From Okamejei kenojei (taxonomy: Eukaryota): DNA of 64,000 bases. The position numbers were made by a program, and so were the translations under genes. Of the stretch, positions 12,190-24,628 are shown piece after piece (position 1 is the stretch's first letter; each line of letters begins with the position of its first letter). The notes below the pieces were generated by a model. That model did not search any database. It saw only the letters and a list, made by a program, of their open reading frames with translations, and was not told the DNA's origin. The stretch lies in assembly GCA_035221665.1 (NCBI GenBank), contig CM069150.1, positions 9,114,001 through 9,178,000 of the forward strand, written 5' to 3'.

Positions 12190-12750
12190 AAGTTCAAATT
12201 CAAGCATTCTATCATATGCATGAGTGCAGTGAAGTAGCTACAAGTAGCTTGCAGCAGCATCATAGGCACATACACACAAACTATGCTTAATATATATAAA
12301 TTACACATACAATTTCTAAAAGGAAGAAGACTGTGCAAGCACACAAGATATTCATGCAAAAACAGAATGAGTAAAGAACAATTCTACAGTAGTGCAAGAG
12401 ATGGGTGGTAGTGTTCTGGTGATGAGGTAGCGTTAGGGTTGTATAGGTTACTTCGAGAACCTGATTGTTGTAGGGAAGTAGCTTTTCTTGAACCTGGTGG
12501 TGTGGGAATTCAAGCATCTGTACCTCCTGTTGTCAAAAGTGAAAATAGTCCAGATGGTGGGAATCCTCGATGCTAGCTTCTTGAGGCAGTGCCTCATGTA
12601 GACACTTTTGATGGCGGGGAGGGTTGTGCCTATGATGGACATGGCTGAGTCCACCACTCTCTGCAGGCACCTATGTTCCCGTGCAAAGGAATTGTCACGC
12701 CAGGCCCTGATGCAAGCCAGGATATTTTAAATAGAACATCTGTAAAAGTT
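12190..12750 (-). mobile_element. Rex1/Babar-type LINE 3' fragment
   Basis: IIGTTLPAIKSVY...RRYRCLNSHTTRFKKSYFPTTIR. Confidence 0.7.
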
Positions 12751-14499
12751 TAGATAGCCACAAAATGATGGAGTAACTCAGTGAATGAGACAGCATCTCT
12801 GGAGAAAATGGATAGGTGACGTTTCAGATTGGGAGCCTTCTTCAGACATTTCTTCACTCTGAAGAATCCCAACGGGAAACATCACATATCCATTTCTTCA
12901 GTCTGAAGAAGGGTTTGACCCGAAACGTCACTCGTCCTTTTTCTCCGGAGATGCTGCCTGACCCCCTGAGTTACTCCATTGTTTGGTGTCAACTTTGGTA
13001 TAAACCAGCATCTGCGGTTCATTTTTAATACATCTGTAATGTATTTGAGTATTCAGAGGCAGACTGAATCTATTTGAAATTCTCAAAAGTAGTCACCATC
13101 AGTTGGGCTCGGCGAGCCTCACGTGGTAAAGTCCTGGCGAGCTGTGGCCATAACCCCGACAGTAGGCCTGGTTCGCCCATCACGGACACGGGAGAGGGAA
13201 GCCATGGAACCTGGCCCCTGCCCACTCCCAAAGATCGGGAAGGAGGTGGAAGGAGTCGACGACAGCAGCAAACATTGGACAAGGGATGGTAGGAAGAACA
13301 TGGGGAGCCTTACCTTCCTTGCCTTCAAGGTCAGCTGCAGGAGGTGCTCCAGGGCACAAAGGTTGAAGAGGGCCGGGCAAGGAAAGAGACAACAATTCAC
13401 GGGCCGACCAGATGGAGGCGACAGCTGCAACAGGGCTTTATGACCAGCTGTATTTGGGACTGTGAAATGATGCCAAAACCTGGCGACTCTTGCAAATAGA
13501 CTCAGTGGGCTGTTTCTATGAATGATGTACTTAATTGGGGATTGTACTTATACATGGCAATAGTATTACTGATCTGTATACAAAAAAAATCTCACTGTAC
13601 CTTGGTACGCATGATAATAAAGGAACCATTGATCATCCGAGATGTTAGCACCCAGGAATTTGAAGCTGATAACTCTCTCCACCACCAACCCACCAGTGAA
13701 AACTGACTGGTGGTCCGTGGACTTCCCCTTACTGAAGGTAATAATGTAATTTTAAAAATCTGCAGATGCTGGTTTATACCAAAGATAGACATAAAATGCT
13801 GCAGTAACTCAGCGGGTCAGGCAGCATCTCTGGAGAAAATGGATGTGACATTTTGGCTCGGGACCCTTCAGACCGATTGCAGTGGACTGGAAGCAAGAAA
13901 GACCAGGTCAAATCAGGGCCAGCAACAGGTGAAATCAGGCAGGCTGCTTTGCCCGATAGGCCAATTGTTGGCTAGGGATGGTGTGATCCAGATTGAGGAC
14001 TGCCAATGGGAGGTCAAGAATCCGGTAGTAAAGAAGGTTACAGTGGCTCAGGTCTTGGAGCTTGGTGATGAGTTTGGGAGAATTACAGTTGTGAAAGCCA
14101 AGCTGTGGTTGATGATCAACAGCCTGATGTATGTGTTCCTGTTATCTAGGTATTCTAGAACAGAGTGGAGAGCCAGTGAGATAGCAGCTGCTTTTGACTG
14201 GTAGTGGTGCCAGGCAAATTAAGGCAGTCCCAGATCACTTCTGAGCCAGCTATTAATTTACACCATAGCCAACCCTTAAAATTACTTCATTACAATAGAT
14301 GTAAGTGCTACCAGACGGTTGTCAGGTCACTGTGCTCTTCTTAGGCACCGGTACAACAGATGCCCGTTTGAAGCAGATTTGAACTTCAGACTTCAGAACA
14401 GGGTGAAAATGTCCCTGAATACCCCAAGCAGATGGTGTGCAGAGCATTTCACGCTCATCCAGTTATACCATCTGGGTCAGACATGTTCCGTGGATATAT

Positions 14500-14885
14500 C
14501 CTCTGGAAGGACGCTCTCATCAACCTCATTGGTCCAAGTTCGTAGTTCCCTAAAAGTGGCAATACAGGTAGATAGAGTGGTAAAAGAAGGAATGGAGAAT
14601 GCTTGCCTTCATCAATTGGAGCATTGAGTATAAAGGTCAGGATGTCATGTTGCACCTTAATAGGACTTTGGTTAAGCTGTATTGGAATATTTTGTGGAAT
14701 TCTGGTCCACCATTACAGGAAGGATGTGGAAGTTTACAGCATTTGGAGCATTGAGTATAAAGGTCAGGATGTCATGTTGCACCTTAATAGGACTTTGGTT
14801 AAGCTGTATTGGAATATTTTGTGGAATTCTGGTCCACCATTACAGGATGTGGAAGTTTTGGAGATGGTGCAGAAGACGTTAACTA
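14500..14885 (+). mobile_element. CR1 fragment containing a 127-bp tandem duplication
   Basis: IEYKGQDVMLHLNRTLVKLY repeated; ttggagcattgag at 14616 and 14743. Confidence 0.8.
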
Positions 14886-15606
14886 GAAGTTCAGTCAGTT
14901 TATTGTCACGTGTATCAGGGTACAGTGAAAAGTTTTTGTTGTGTGCTATCCAGCCAGTGGAAAGACAATACATTACAATTGCGCCATTTACTGTGTATGA
15001 TAAGGGAATAACTTTTAATGCAAGGTAAAGTCCGATCAAAGATAGTCCAAGGATCACCAATAAGGTAGATAGTAGTTTAGGACTGCTCTCTTCTTGTCTT
15101 AGGAAGATTCAGTTGCCTGACAACAGCTGGGAAGAAACTGTCCCTGAATCTGGAGGTGTGTGTTTTCACTTCTATACCTTTTGTCCAATGGGAGAGGGGC
15201 GAAGAGGGAGTAGCCAGGGTGCGACTCATCCTTGATTATGCTGCTGGCCAAGCTTCCTAGATTAGAGGGTATCAGATATAAGAGGTTGGATTGTTTTCTC
15301 TGGAACATTGAAGGTTGAGGAGAGACCTGATGGAAGTATACAAAATGATGAGAGGCAGATATGGTGGACAGTCAGAAGGCGTAGGTTTCAGATTAGAGGG
15401 GTAATATATAAAGACAATGTGCGGGGCCACATTTTTTTGAGTGCTGCCAGGGATGGGAGATGGGAGACAGATAAGATAGGTCTTATGAGCTGTATGTTTT
15501 ATGGTTGTCAAGAGCTGTGGGGCCTTGGTAGGTGTATCACTGATGGCGTGCAAGTCCTGCTACAGCTGTTTAGCGTCTGTGTGTGACTCCAGATTAGCTT
15601 GAAGTT

Positions 15607-15658
15607 GGGGTGGAAGATTGCAACCTTCACGTGGTCCACCGTTTTGACTAATGCAATC
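15607..15658 (+). ncRNA. Minimal HDV-like ribozyme, copy 1 (P1' 2 nt short)
   Basis: GGGGTGG-AA-GATTGCA-ACC-TTCACGT-GGT-CCACC-GT-TTTGA-CTAA-TGCAATC fits the P1/P2/P3/L3/P1.1/J4-2 topology. Confidence 0.7.
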
Positions 15659-15744
15659 AACTCGACGTGCACAAACGGAAGATCAAATAGAACAAGTTGT
15701 CCAACAAATTTAGGCTGTGCATGCCACACGAAAGAAGAAGATGA
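15607..15744 (+). mobile_element. Short ribozyme-headed non-LTR retroelement, copy 1 (Vingi/Ingi-like tail)
   Basis: TSD agcttgaagtt at 15596-15606 and 15745-15755; 3' end gccacacgaaagaagaag; homologous to 44118-44251. Confidence 0.85.
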
Positions 15745-17774
15745 AGCTTGAAGTTGTCTCGGTGGATTTCAGCAAGTTATGCCTAGACTTGAATGAATGA
15801 ATGAATGACATGTGACAAGTCGCAGTGAAATTCTTTGCTTGCATACCAAAGGTATGCAAATAGTTGCCACATAAGGGCGCTGACAAAGTTACATAGTATC
15901 TGCGCCAGGTCCTCCATTGTCCCTCTCCCCCCACATCAACTCCTCCTTTGTTCCTTTCCTTCAAAAGCAGCGTCATCACTGCGCGTGGTCCGTCCTCGTC
16001 CATCGGTCCATCGACCGCCGCACCGACCTCTGCACTATCGCTGACGGGCCTCTCCAGAAACCTCCGTGGCGCCAACCAGGCCCCAACCACATGGCTCTGT
16101 CGTCTCAGGGCTCCGACCTCAGCCATGGGCTCCATCAGTCGCAGGCTCCGACCTCGGCCATGGGGTTCATTAGCCGCGGGCTCCGACCGTGGCCATGGGG
16201 TCCGCTGACTTTGCTGGCCACGGGCTCTGACCCACGGGGGCTCCAGCCTCAGCTACTCCGCGGTTCGCCAGGAGCCGTAGCAGCTCACCAGGCGGCTTCT
16301 TGTATGATACTACTTTGCATGATACTGGATCGCCAGTCGTAAACACCACAGATCTCGCCCTTTAGCAAAATACCAATCTCCTGGTTCATCCAGGACTTCT
16401 AGTTGCGAAGACTCAAAATGGGCAGGTTGTCTTATGAGGAAAGGTTGCACAGGTTAGGCTTGTAACTGTCAAGAGTGAATTAAAGTAAAGTGGAGTATAT
16501 CCTAAAGGGTCTTGATAGATTGGGCATGGAGACGATATTTCCTCTTGTGGGAGTAGCTAGATTTTTTGGGCAATTTTACATCTTCCCACATTATTTTCTA
16601 ATTGCCAGATCATTTCCTACTCACTGAACATCTGTATCCCTCCATTTCCAGCCCACTTTACGCCCTTTTCACAACTTTCCTATATACCTTTGTGTCATTG
16701 GGCAATTGAGCAATCATACCTTCAGCATCTTCACCCAATCTTCATTATAATTTCCTTATATCTTTCCAAAGGTATCTTTGGTAAAATACTTACTTATGTC
16801 CATTATTTTTCTTATTAACCAACCAATTGTCCAACCTTGTCCCCAATGCCATGGCATTTTATTTTCTTCAACAGATTTTGACACATTGCCTTGGACTCAT
16901 GGAAACAGACCCTTTGGCAGAACCTATCCATGTCAACCAAGATGCCCCATCTAAGTTAGGCCCATTTGCCTGTGTTTGGCAAATATATGAGACCGCACTT
17001 GAAATTGTCCCCCCCACCTAAGCCAGGTGAGGTAGCCAACCTCATTGGGACTTTCGCGGCTAGGCTTGTGATCGGCGGGTTGAAATTCCCCCTTGCAGCC
17101 GGGGCTCTGGAACTACGGCCCAGTCGGAGCCAGTGGATTCGTTTCCATGGCCGACTTCTGAGGCTGACTTTGCATTAAATCTTACCCCCCTATGTTTTCT
17201 GGTTCTTGATTCCCCTACTTTGTGCATTCACCTTTATCTATTCCCCTCATGATTTTATTTATTGCTGCAAGATCACCCTTCATCCTCCGGCGCTCCAAGA
17301 AATAAAGGCCAACCTCTCCCTACAGCTCAGATTTCTTCTGAAAATCTAAGCACAGTGCATCCATCCCCTGCATTTATGTATTACCTTTGTAGAGAACTAC
17401 AATAAATTAGATAACATGATTTTACTTTTGATTTTTCCTGAATATCTAGACTTTTTCTAAGAATCCTGCTTCAACACGGAATCATAAAGTGATACAGAAC
17501 AGAAAACGCCCTTCAGCCCACCATGTCCGCACTGACCATTAACACCAATCCTATATTAATCCCTTGTTTTACATTTTCCCCACATTCACAACTCGCTCCA
17601 GATTCTCCAACTCACCTACACACTAGATGCAATTTACAGAGCCCAATCAAGTGACCAACCTGCATGCCTTTGGGATGTGGGAGGAAAGCAGTATACCAAG
17701 AGGATATCCACTAGAGGAAACACAGACAACACGTAAGATTGGGAATGAACCGCAATGAGGCAGTCTATTATTTG

Positions 17775-17990
17775 TGCAGGAACTGCAGATGCTGGTTTAA
17801 ACCAAAGATAGACACAAAAAGCTGGAGTAACTCAGCGAGTCAGGCAACATCTCTGGAGAAAAGGAATAGGTGACGTTTTGGGTCGGACCTGAAACCTGAA
17901 GAAGGGTCTCGACCCGAAATGTCACCTATGCATTTTCTCTATAGATGTTTCCTGACCCGCTGAGTTACTCCAGCTTTTTGTGTTTGTCTT
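17775..17990. repeat. Head-to-head inverted pair of Penelope-like 3' termini (hairpin element)
   Basis: acacaaaaagctggagtaactcagcg ... cgctgagttactccagctttttgtgt; similar pairs at ~2946-3160, 12760-13030, 19970-20155, 50643-50810. Confidence 0.85.
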
Positions 17991-18940
17991 CTATTATTGT
18001 GCTACCGGGTTGCTTATCTTTAATGATATCTATCTATTAATGATGTCTAAGCCTGTAGTTTCTTGCTTTCCTCGTTCTTTGATCCTGTTCTCCAATACAA
18101 TGAAATATTCCCCAAATAAAGGGAATCTTGGGAAATTAAAACAAATACATCAACTATGTCACTAACTGCTCCAGGGATGAGTTCCAGGGATTTGTCAATA
18201 AGCAGCTTCAACAATTTTGTTCCCTGGTGATTGTATTTTTCCTGGGTTCCTGGTGATGTATTTAGGTTGCACGGGTGATGGGGAGAATCAGATGATTGTC
18301 CTCCTTCAAAGCAGGAAGCTTGCAAATGTACCCAACAAGTTGTGCAGGACGTGAGGCTCATCGGAGGCCCAATTTGGAAGAACATCACCTCATATTTCAC
18401 TTAGGCAGCTTACACCCCAGCGGTATGAATATTGACTTCTCTAACTTTAGGTAACCTATGTATCCCCTCTCCATCCATCCCCCCTCCTAGTTCTCCAACC
18501 AGTCGGTCACCCTGATTAAATTGTATCTCTGTATGCTTCGTTGTCACCTTCTCCTAGCTAACAATGATCTATTCTACATTTTCCTTGATTTCCACCCTTT
18601 TTAATGTCTCGTTCTCACATCTGTGTCTCCCTCTCCCCTGACTCTTGTTGGAAGGGTCTCGACCCGAAACGTCACCCTTTCCTTCTCTCCAGAGATGCTG
18701 CCTGACGAGCTGGGCATTTTGTGTGTATCTTCGGTGTAAACCAGCATTTGCAGTTCCCTCTTACAAAGTAGCCAACAATGTTGGCTGGTTGTTGACAAAG
18801 CTCCTTTCGGATCTTTGGTTCTTGATGCTGCAGTGGCCGCTCTTCCTACTCCGGTGCCATAGATGGCGCTGCGCCGGGAGGTCAGCCTCTCCTGCCGCGG
18901 GCCCGGTTTCCCTCAGCGGCGTGTGTTTACTCCGGGACCC

Positions 18941-19063
18941 ATGGGCGAAAGCAGTGGACGGAGTGGCGGGAGCGCCGGCGCTGGCGGCGGCCTGCGGGCC
19001 AAGGGGATAAGCGATGAGTACTTCGGGAGCGCGGCAGACTGGGAAGAACAGGATGGCTCTATG
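18941..19063 (+). CDS. NELFCD: NELFCD exon 1 coding part (alternative in-frame ATG at 18863)
   Basis: MGESSGRSGGSAGAGGGLRAKGISDEYFGSAADWEEQDGSM then donor gtgagt at 19064, phase 0; resembles human MDEDYYGSAAEW; lies in a CpG island. Start codon uncertain. Confidence 0.85.
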
Positions 19064-19136
19064 GTGAGTAGCGTTCTTCATTCTGGTTGAAAATGAGAGG
19101 CGAATAGAGAAGAGGCGCGGGCCTGTCGGCGGCGAG

Positions 19137-19612
19137 CGGAGCGGGGAGACTGGGGGCGGGGCCGGAGAGCGCGGGGCGGGGCCGAGATGGGGGCGGGACC
19201 GGGGTGGGGGCGGGACCGGAGAGCGTGGGGGCGGGGCCAGGGAGCGCGGGGCGGGGCCGAGATGGGGGCGGGACAGGGTGTGGGGGGCGGGACAGGGTGT
19301 GGGGGCGGGACCGGAGAGCATGGGGGCGGGGCTGAGATGGGGCGGGGCCAGGGAGCGTGGGGCGTGGCCGAGGTGGGAGCGTGGCGGGGCGAGACCGCAG
19401 AGCGTGGGGGCGGGACCGGGTGTGGGGGCGGGACCGGAGAGCGTGGAGGCGGGGCCGAGATGGGACCGTGGCGGGAGCGGGGCCAGGGAGCATGGGGCGG
19501 GGCCGGGTAAGGGGGCGGAGCCAGGGGCAGGGTCTAGGTGGGGGCGGGGCTAAGCAGCGGCGGGGCGTGATGCGGTGGGGGCGGGGTCTAGACAGGGGAT
19601 GGGGCGGGTCCA
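19137..19612 (+). repeat. G-rich degenerate minisatellite (GGGGCGGG units) at the start of intron 1
   Basis: Repeated ~18-20 nt units such as gtgggggcgggaccgg and gggggcggggccgaga with strong G skew. Confidence 0.9.
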
Positions 19613-20654
19613 CGTAGACCAGGGGTGGGGGTTACATTCTATTACCTGCGCCTTTCATTTGCTGACACTAGGCCGCCCCAACCAAACAGCTGTGTAGGAA
19701 GAAACTGCAGATGCTGGTTTAAGCCGAAGATAGACACAAAATGCTGGAGTAACTCAGAGAGACAGATAGCATGGGTACACAAAAAGCTGGAGAAACTCAG
19801 CGGGTGCAGCAGCATCTAAGGAGCGAAGGAGATAGGCGACGTTTCGGGTCGAGACCCTTCTTCAGACAGATAGCATCTCTGGAGAGAAAGAATGGGTGAC
19901 TTTTTTGGGATGTGATCCTTCTTCAAACAACCAGGGACAACAGCTAACAATGGCCTTTATCATTGTTTAAGAAGGAACTGCAGATGCTGGAAAGTCGAAG
20001 GTAGACAAAAATGCTGGAGAAACTCAGCGGGTGCAGCAGCATCTATGGAGCGAAGGAATATAGGCAATGTTTTGGTCCGAAACCCCTCTTCAGACCTTCC
20101 TTCGCTCCATAGATGTTGCTGCACCCGCTGAGTTTCTCCAGCACTTTTGTCTGCCTTTATCATTGTTACATATTTACATTTTTGCATATCTTTCATTCAG
20201 TTATTCTATATCTCTCTACATCATCGCCTATATCTCTTGTTTCCCTTCCCGTGACTTTCAGTCTGAAGAATGGTCTCACCTGAAACGTCACCCATTCCTT
20301 CTCTCAAGAAATGCCACCTGACCCGCTAATCTTGAAGGTTAGGTTATGGAGGATTTGTTGAAAGTGAATCGCCTGCCCAATTCAAGGTCATATCTTATCC
20401 ACTGTTGTCGTTGGTCCATCATTCCAGGCAATGGGAGATTGCTGAAAATTAAGTTGCTTTTTGTGTGTATTTTCAGTTTAAACCTGCATCTGCAGTTCCT
20501 TCCTACAGTCAGTGAGTCACGTAGCCAGTATGTCACCCATGATGTCAGAAGGTCATAAGTGATAGGAGCAAAATTAGACCACTCAGCACATCAAGTCTAC
20601 TCCGCCATTCATTCATGGCTGATCTATCTCTCCCTCTTAACCCCATTCTCTGGC

Positions 20655-22172
20655 TCTGCCCCCAACACATCCCCCACCAGAAAGGCCTTAAAGCCCTCTG
20701 TTTCTAGCTCGACTGAAGAACCAGCCACGTTCCCTCTACTAACACACTCCTTCGCCTTATGGAGCTGGACCTCACCCTTAACAACTTCTTCTTCGACTCT
20801 TTCCACATCAAAGGTGTAGCCATGGGCACTCGCATGGGCCACAACTATGCCTGCCTCTTTGTAGGGTACGTTGAACAATCCTTGTCCTGGCCCTATCTCC
20901 GAACTCTACCTCCGTTACATTAACGACTGTATCGGTGCTACCTCCTGCACCCATGCAGAACTCGTGGACTTTATTAACTTCACCATCCATTTCCATCCTG
21001 CACTAAAATTCACTTGGACCATCTCCCGACACCTCCCTCCCCTTTCTTGATCTAACCGCCTCCATCACCAGAGATAGACTATCGACTGACATCTATTACA
21101 AGCCCACTGACTCCCTAGACAACTATCTTGACTACACTTGTTCCAACCCAGCTTCCTGCAAAGACTCTATCCCCTACTCCCAATTCCTCTGTCTACGCTG
21201 CATCTGCTCCCAAGATGAGGTGTTCCATCCCAGGACATCCGAGATGTTCTCATTCTTTAAGTAATGAAGGTTCCCCTCTTCCATCATAGATGAGGCCCTC
21301 ACACGTGTCTCCTCAGTACCTGGAAGCTCCGCCCTTGCTCCCCCTCCCCCTGGTCCTTACCTTTCACCCCATTCCCGCCACCTCCAACAGGATCCCACCA
21401 TGATTCACATCTTCCCATCTCCATGGTCTTCCGCAGAGCCCGTTCTCTTTGCAACTCCCTGGTTAACTCATCCCTTCCCACCCAAACCACCCCCTCCCCA
21501 GATACCTTCCCCTGCAACCGCAGGAGATACAACACCTGTTCCTCTACCTCCTCCCTTGACTCTGTCCAGGAACCCCGACAGTCCTGTCAGGTTAAGCAGA
21601 GGTTCTTTTGCACCTCATCCAACCCCATCTACTGTATCTGTTGTTCAAGATGTGGACTCTTATACATCGACAAAACTAAACATAGATTGGGCGATAGTTT
21701 TGCTGAACATCTTTGCGGTCTGCCTGGACCTACCTGTCTCCCGGCTGCCAAACACTTTATTTCCCCTTCCCATTCCCACACTGGCCTTTCCGCCTGAGAC
21801 CTCTTCTATTGTCAACTCATATTTCACTTGGACAGCTTACAGCCCGGCGGTATGAATATTGATTTCTCTAACTTCAAGTAGCCCTTGTAATCCCCTCTCT
21901 CTTGATCCATCCCCCACCCTAGTCATTGTACTGGTTTCACTGTCGTCCTGCTGGGTTTCATTGCCTAACTCATTTTCACTTAGCCCACAGCCAACAATGG
22001 ACCGTTTCCTTGATCTTCGCAACTTTTTTATATATCTTTCATTTCTTTGTTCTGTCTCTCTCTATATCACCGTCTATATCTCTCATTTCCCTTTCCCCTG
22101 ACTCAGAGTCTGAAGAAGGGTCTCAACCTGCAAGGTCACCTATTCCTTTTCTCCGGAGATGTGCCTGACCCA
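20655..22172 (+). mobile_element. Penelope-like element (RT + GIY-YIG), degenerate
   Basis: IKGVAMGTRMGHNYACLFVG, YLRYINDCIG, QVKQRFFCTSSNPIYCICCSRCGLLYI. Confidence 0.9.
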
Positions 22173-22813
22173 CTGATCTGCCTTCATATGCCTTTGGAAG
22201 TTCAGCACCTCCTCGGGCGTAACAACAACAGCTGTTCTCAAGACACTTCCATTGACTGTCCCAAGGTCCCCAGTCTTAATATCTTTCTGCACTGTTAAAA
22301 CAGAGGAGAAATACTCATTGGGGATTTTACTAATCTGCAGCTCCACACAGAGATGACCACTTCGGATCTGAGACGCCCTGTTCTCTCTCCACTCACCCTC
22401 TTCCTCTTAATGTATTTATAAATCATTTTGCATTTCCCTAAATATTATCTGTCAGAGCTATCTTCTGTCCCCTTTTTGGCCTTCTGATTTCCTTCTTAAG
22501 TGCTGTATGTTCCTCAGTTCTTGAAACTCCTTCAGGGATACTCTTGATCCTAGTAGCCTATTCCCGTCTGATGCCTCCTTTTTCCTGACCAGAGCCTCGA
22601 TTTCTTTGATCATCCAAGCTTCCGTACGCCCACCTTCCATTACCTTTCACTGTAACAGGAACATGTATGCCCAGAACTCTCGTCATCACACTTTTAAAAG
22701 CATCCCACTTACCGGGCGTTCTTTTGCTCACTGACGACCTACTCCATTCATCTTGAGCAAGTTCCTTTTTAATACGATCAAAATTGACCTTGCCTCAATT
22801 CAGAAATTTAACT
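22173..22813 (-). mobile_element. Old CR1 fragment, host of the Penelope insertion; resumes at ~24373-24620
   Basis: NEYFSSVLT, WMIKEIEALVRKK on the minus strand. Confidence 0.7.
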
Positions 22814-24358
22814 AGGAAAGAACTGCAGATGCTGGTTTAAATCGAAGGTAGACACAAAATGCTGGAGTAACTCAGCGCGACAGGCAGCAGCTCTGGAGAG
22901 AAGGAATGGGTGGCATTTCCGCAGAACCAGCCAATTTCCATCTACTAATACTCTCCTCCGTCGAGCAGAGCGGGTCTCTACTCTTAACAACTTCTCCTTC
23001 GACTCTTCCCACTTCCTCCAAATCCAAGGCGTGACTATGGGCACTCGCATGAGCCCCAGCTATGCCTGCCTCTTTGTAGGGTTAGTCGAACAATCACTGT
23101 TCCAGGCGCACACTGGCCATATCCCCGAACTCTAGCTCCGCTACATTGACGACTGCATCGGTGCTGCCTCCTGCACCCATGCAGAACTCACGGACTTCAT
23201 CAACTTCCCAACTAATTTCCACCCTCACTCAAATTCACTTGGACCATCTCTGACATCTCTCTACCTTTTCTAGATCTCACCGTCTCCATCACAGGAGACA
23301 AACTATCGACCGACATCAATTACAAACCCACTGACTCCCGTAGCTATCTAGACTACACTTCTTCCCACCCTGCTTTTTGTAAATTCCTCCGTCTACGCCG
23401 CATCTGCGCCCAGGATGAGGTTTTCCATACCAGGTCATTGGAGATGTCCTCATTCTTTAGGGAACGGGATTTCCCTTCTTCTATTATAGATGAGGCTCTC
23501 ACTAGGGTCTCCTCTATATCCAGCAGCTCTGCTCTTACCTCCCCTGCCCCCCATTCGTAACATGGACAGAGTCCCCCTTGTCCTCACCTTATCAGCTGTC
23601 GCATACAGCATATAATCCTCCATTTTCGTTACCTCCAACGGGATCCCACTACTGGCCACATCTTCCCATCGCCACCCCTTTCTGCTTTCTGCAGAGACCA
23701 TTCCCTCCGCAACTCCCTGGGCAACTCGTCCCTTCCCACCCAAACCACTCCCTCCCCAGGTACTTTCCCCTGCAACACCTGTCCCTTTACCTCCCCCCTC
23801 GACTCCATCCAAGGACCCCAACCATTCTTTTCAAGTGAGGCAGAGGTTCACCTGCACCTCCTCCAACTTCATCTACTGTATCCGCTGTTCCAGGTGTCAA
23901 CTCCTGTATATCGGTGAGACCAAGCGCAGGCTCGGCCATCGTTTTGCTGAACACCTCCGCTCAGTCCGCCTTAACCTACCCGATCTCCCAGTTGCTCAGC
24001 ACTTTAACTCCCACTCCCATTCCCAATCTAACCTTTCTGTCCTGGGCCTGCTCCATCGTCATAATGATGCTCAGTGCAAATTGAAGGACAGAATCTCATA
24101 TTTCGCTTGGGTAGCTTACACCCCAGTGGTATAAACATTGACTTCTCTAACTTCAAGTAGTCCTTGCTTTCCCTCTCTCTCCATCCCCTCCCCCTTCCCA
24201 GTTCTCCAACCAGTCTTACTGTCTCCGACTACATTCTATCTCTGTTCCGCCCACTCCCCTGACATCAGTCTGAAGAAGGGTCTCGACCCGAAACGCCATT
24301 CCTTCTCTCCAGAGATGCTGCCTGTCCCGCTGTGTTACTCCAACATTTTGTGTCTGCC
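22814..24358 (+). mobile_element. Penelope-like element with an inverted terminal segment at its 5' end
   Basis: HFLQIQGVTMGTRMSPSYACLFVG, RYIDDCIG, GIY-YIG RQRFTCTSSNFIYCIRCSRCQLLYIGETKRRL; inverted tail 22814-22920; imperfect 14-bp TSD tcagaaatttaact / tcagagttttaact. Confidence 0.92.
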
Positions 24359-24628
24359 TCAGAGTTTTAACTCGCAGACCTGTCCTGGCTATATCCATAA
24401 CTATCTTAAAGCTAACGGTTGTCACTGCTCTCAAAAGGCTCTCCCATGAACACTTCAGTCTTTTGCCCTTACTAATTTCTTAAGAGTAGATCAAGGTTTG
24501 CCCTGTCCCATGTAAGGCTCTGTACATATTGCCTGAGAAAATGCTCCTGAACACATTTGACAAATTCCACCCTGTCTAAGTCTTTTCAACTATGACATTC
24601 CCAGTCTATATTGGGGGATCATCCACAA

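Larger units (their letters stand above)
18830..19620 (+). promoter_or_regulatory. CpG island / NELFCD promoter and first-exon region
   Basis: Sharp rise in GC and CpG against an AT-rich background; agatggcg (YY1-like or CTCF-like) motif at 18861; many GGGGCGGG GC boxes. Confidence 0.8.

Noticed and set aside
13106-13165. Possible third HDV-like motif around cctcacgtggt
   Set aside because: An L3-like heptamer is present, but I could not build consistent P1/P2 helices or a J4/2, and there is no TSD or matching tail
18850-18872. CTCF site tgccatagatggcgct at the promoter
   Set aside because: Only a partial match that overlaps a YY1-like/ATG context; it cannot be assigned without a PWM scan or ChIP
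18761-19617. Pro/Arg/Gly-rich ORFs on both strands
   Set aside because: Translation of the G-rich minisatellite and CpG island, which lacks stop codons by composition
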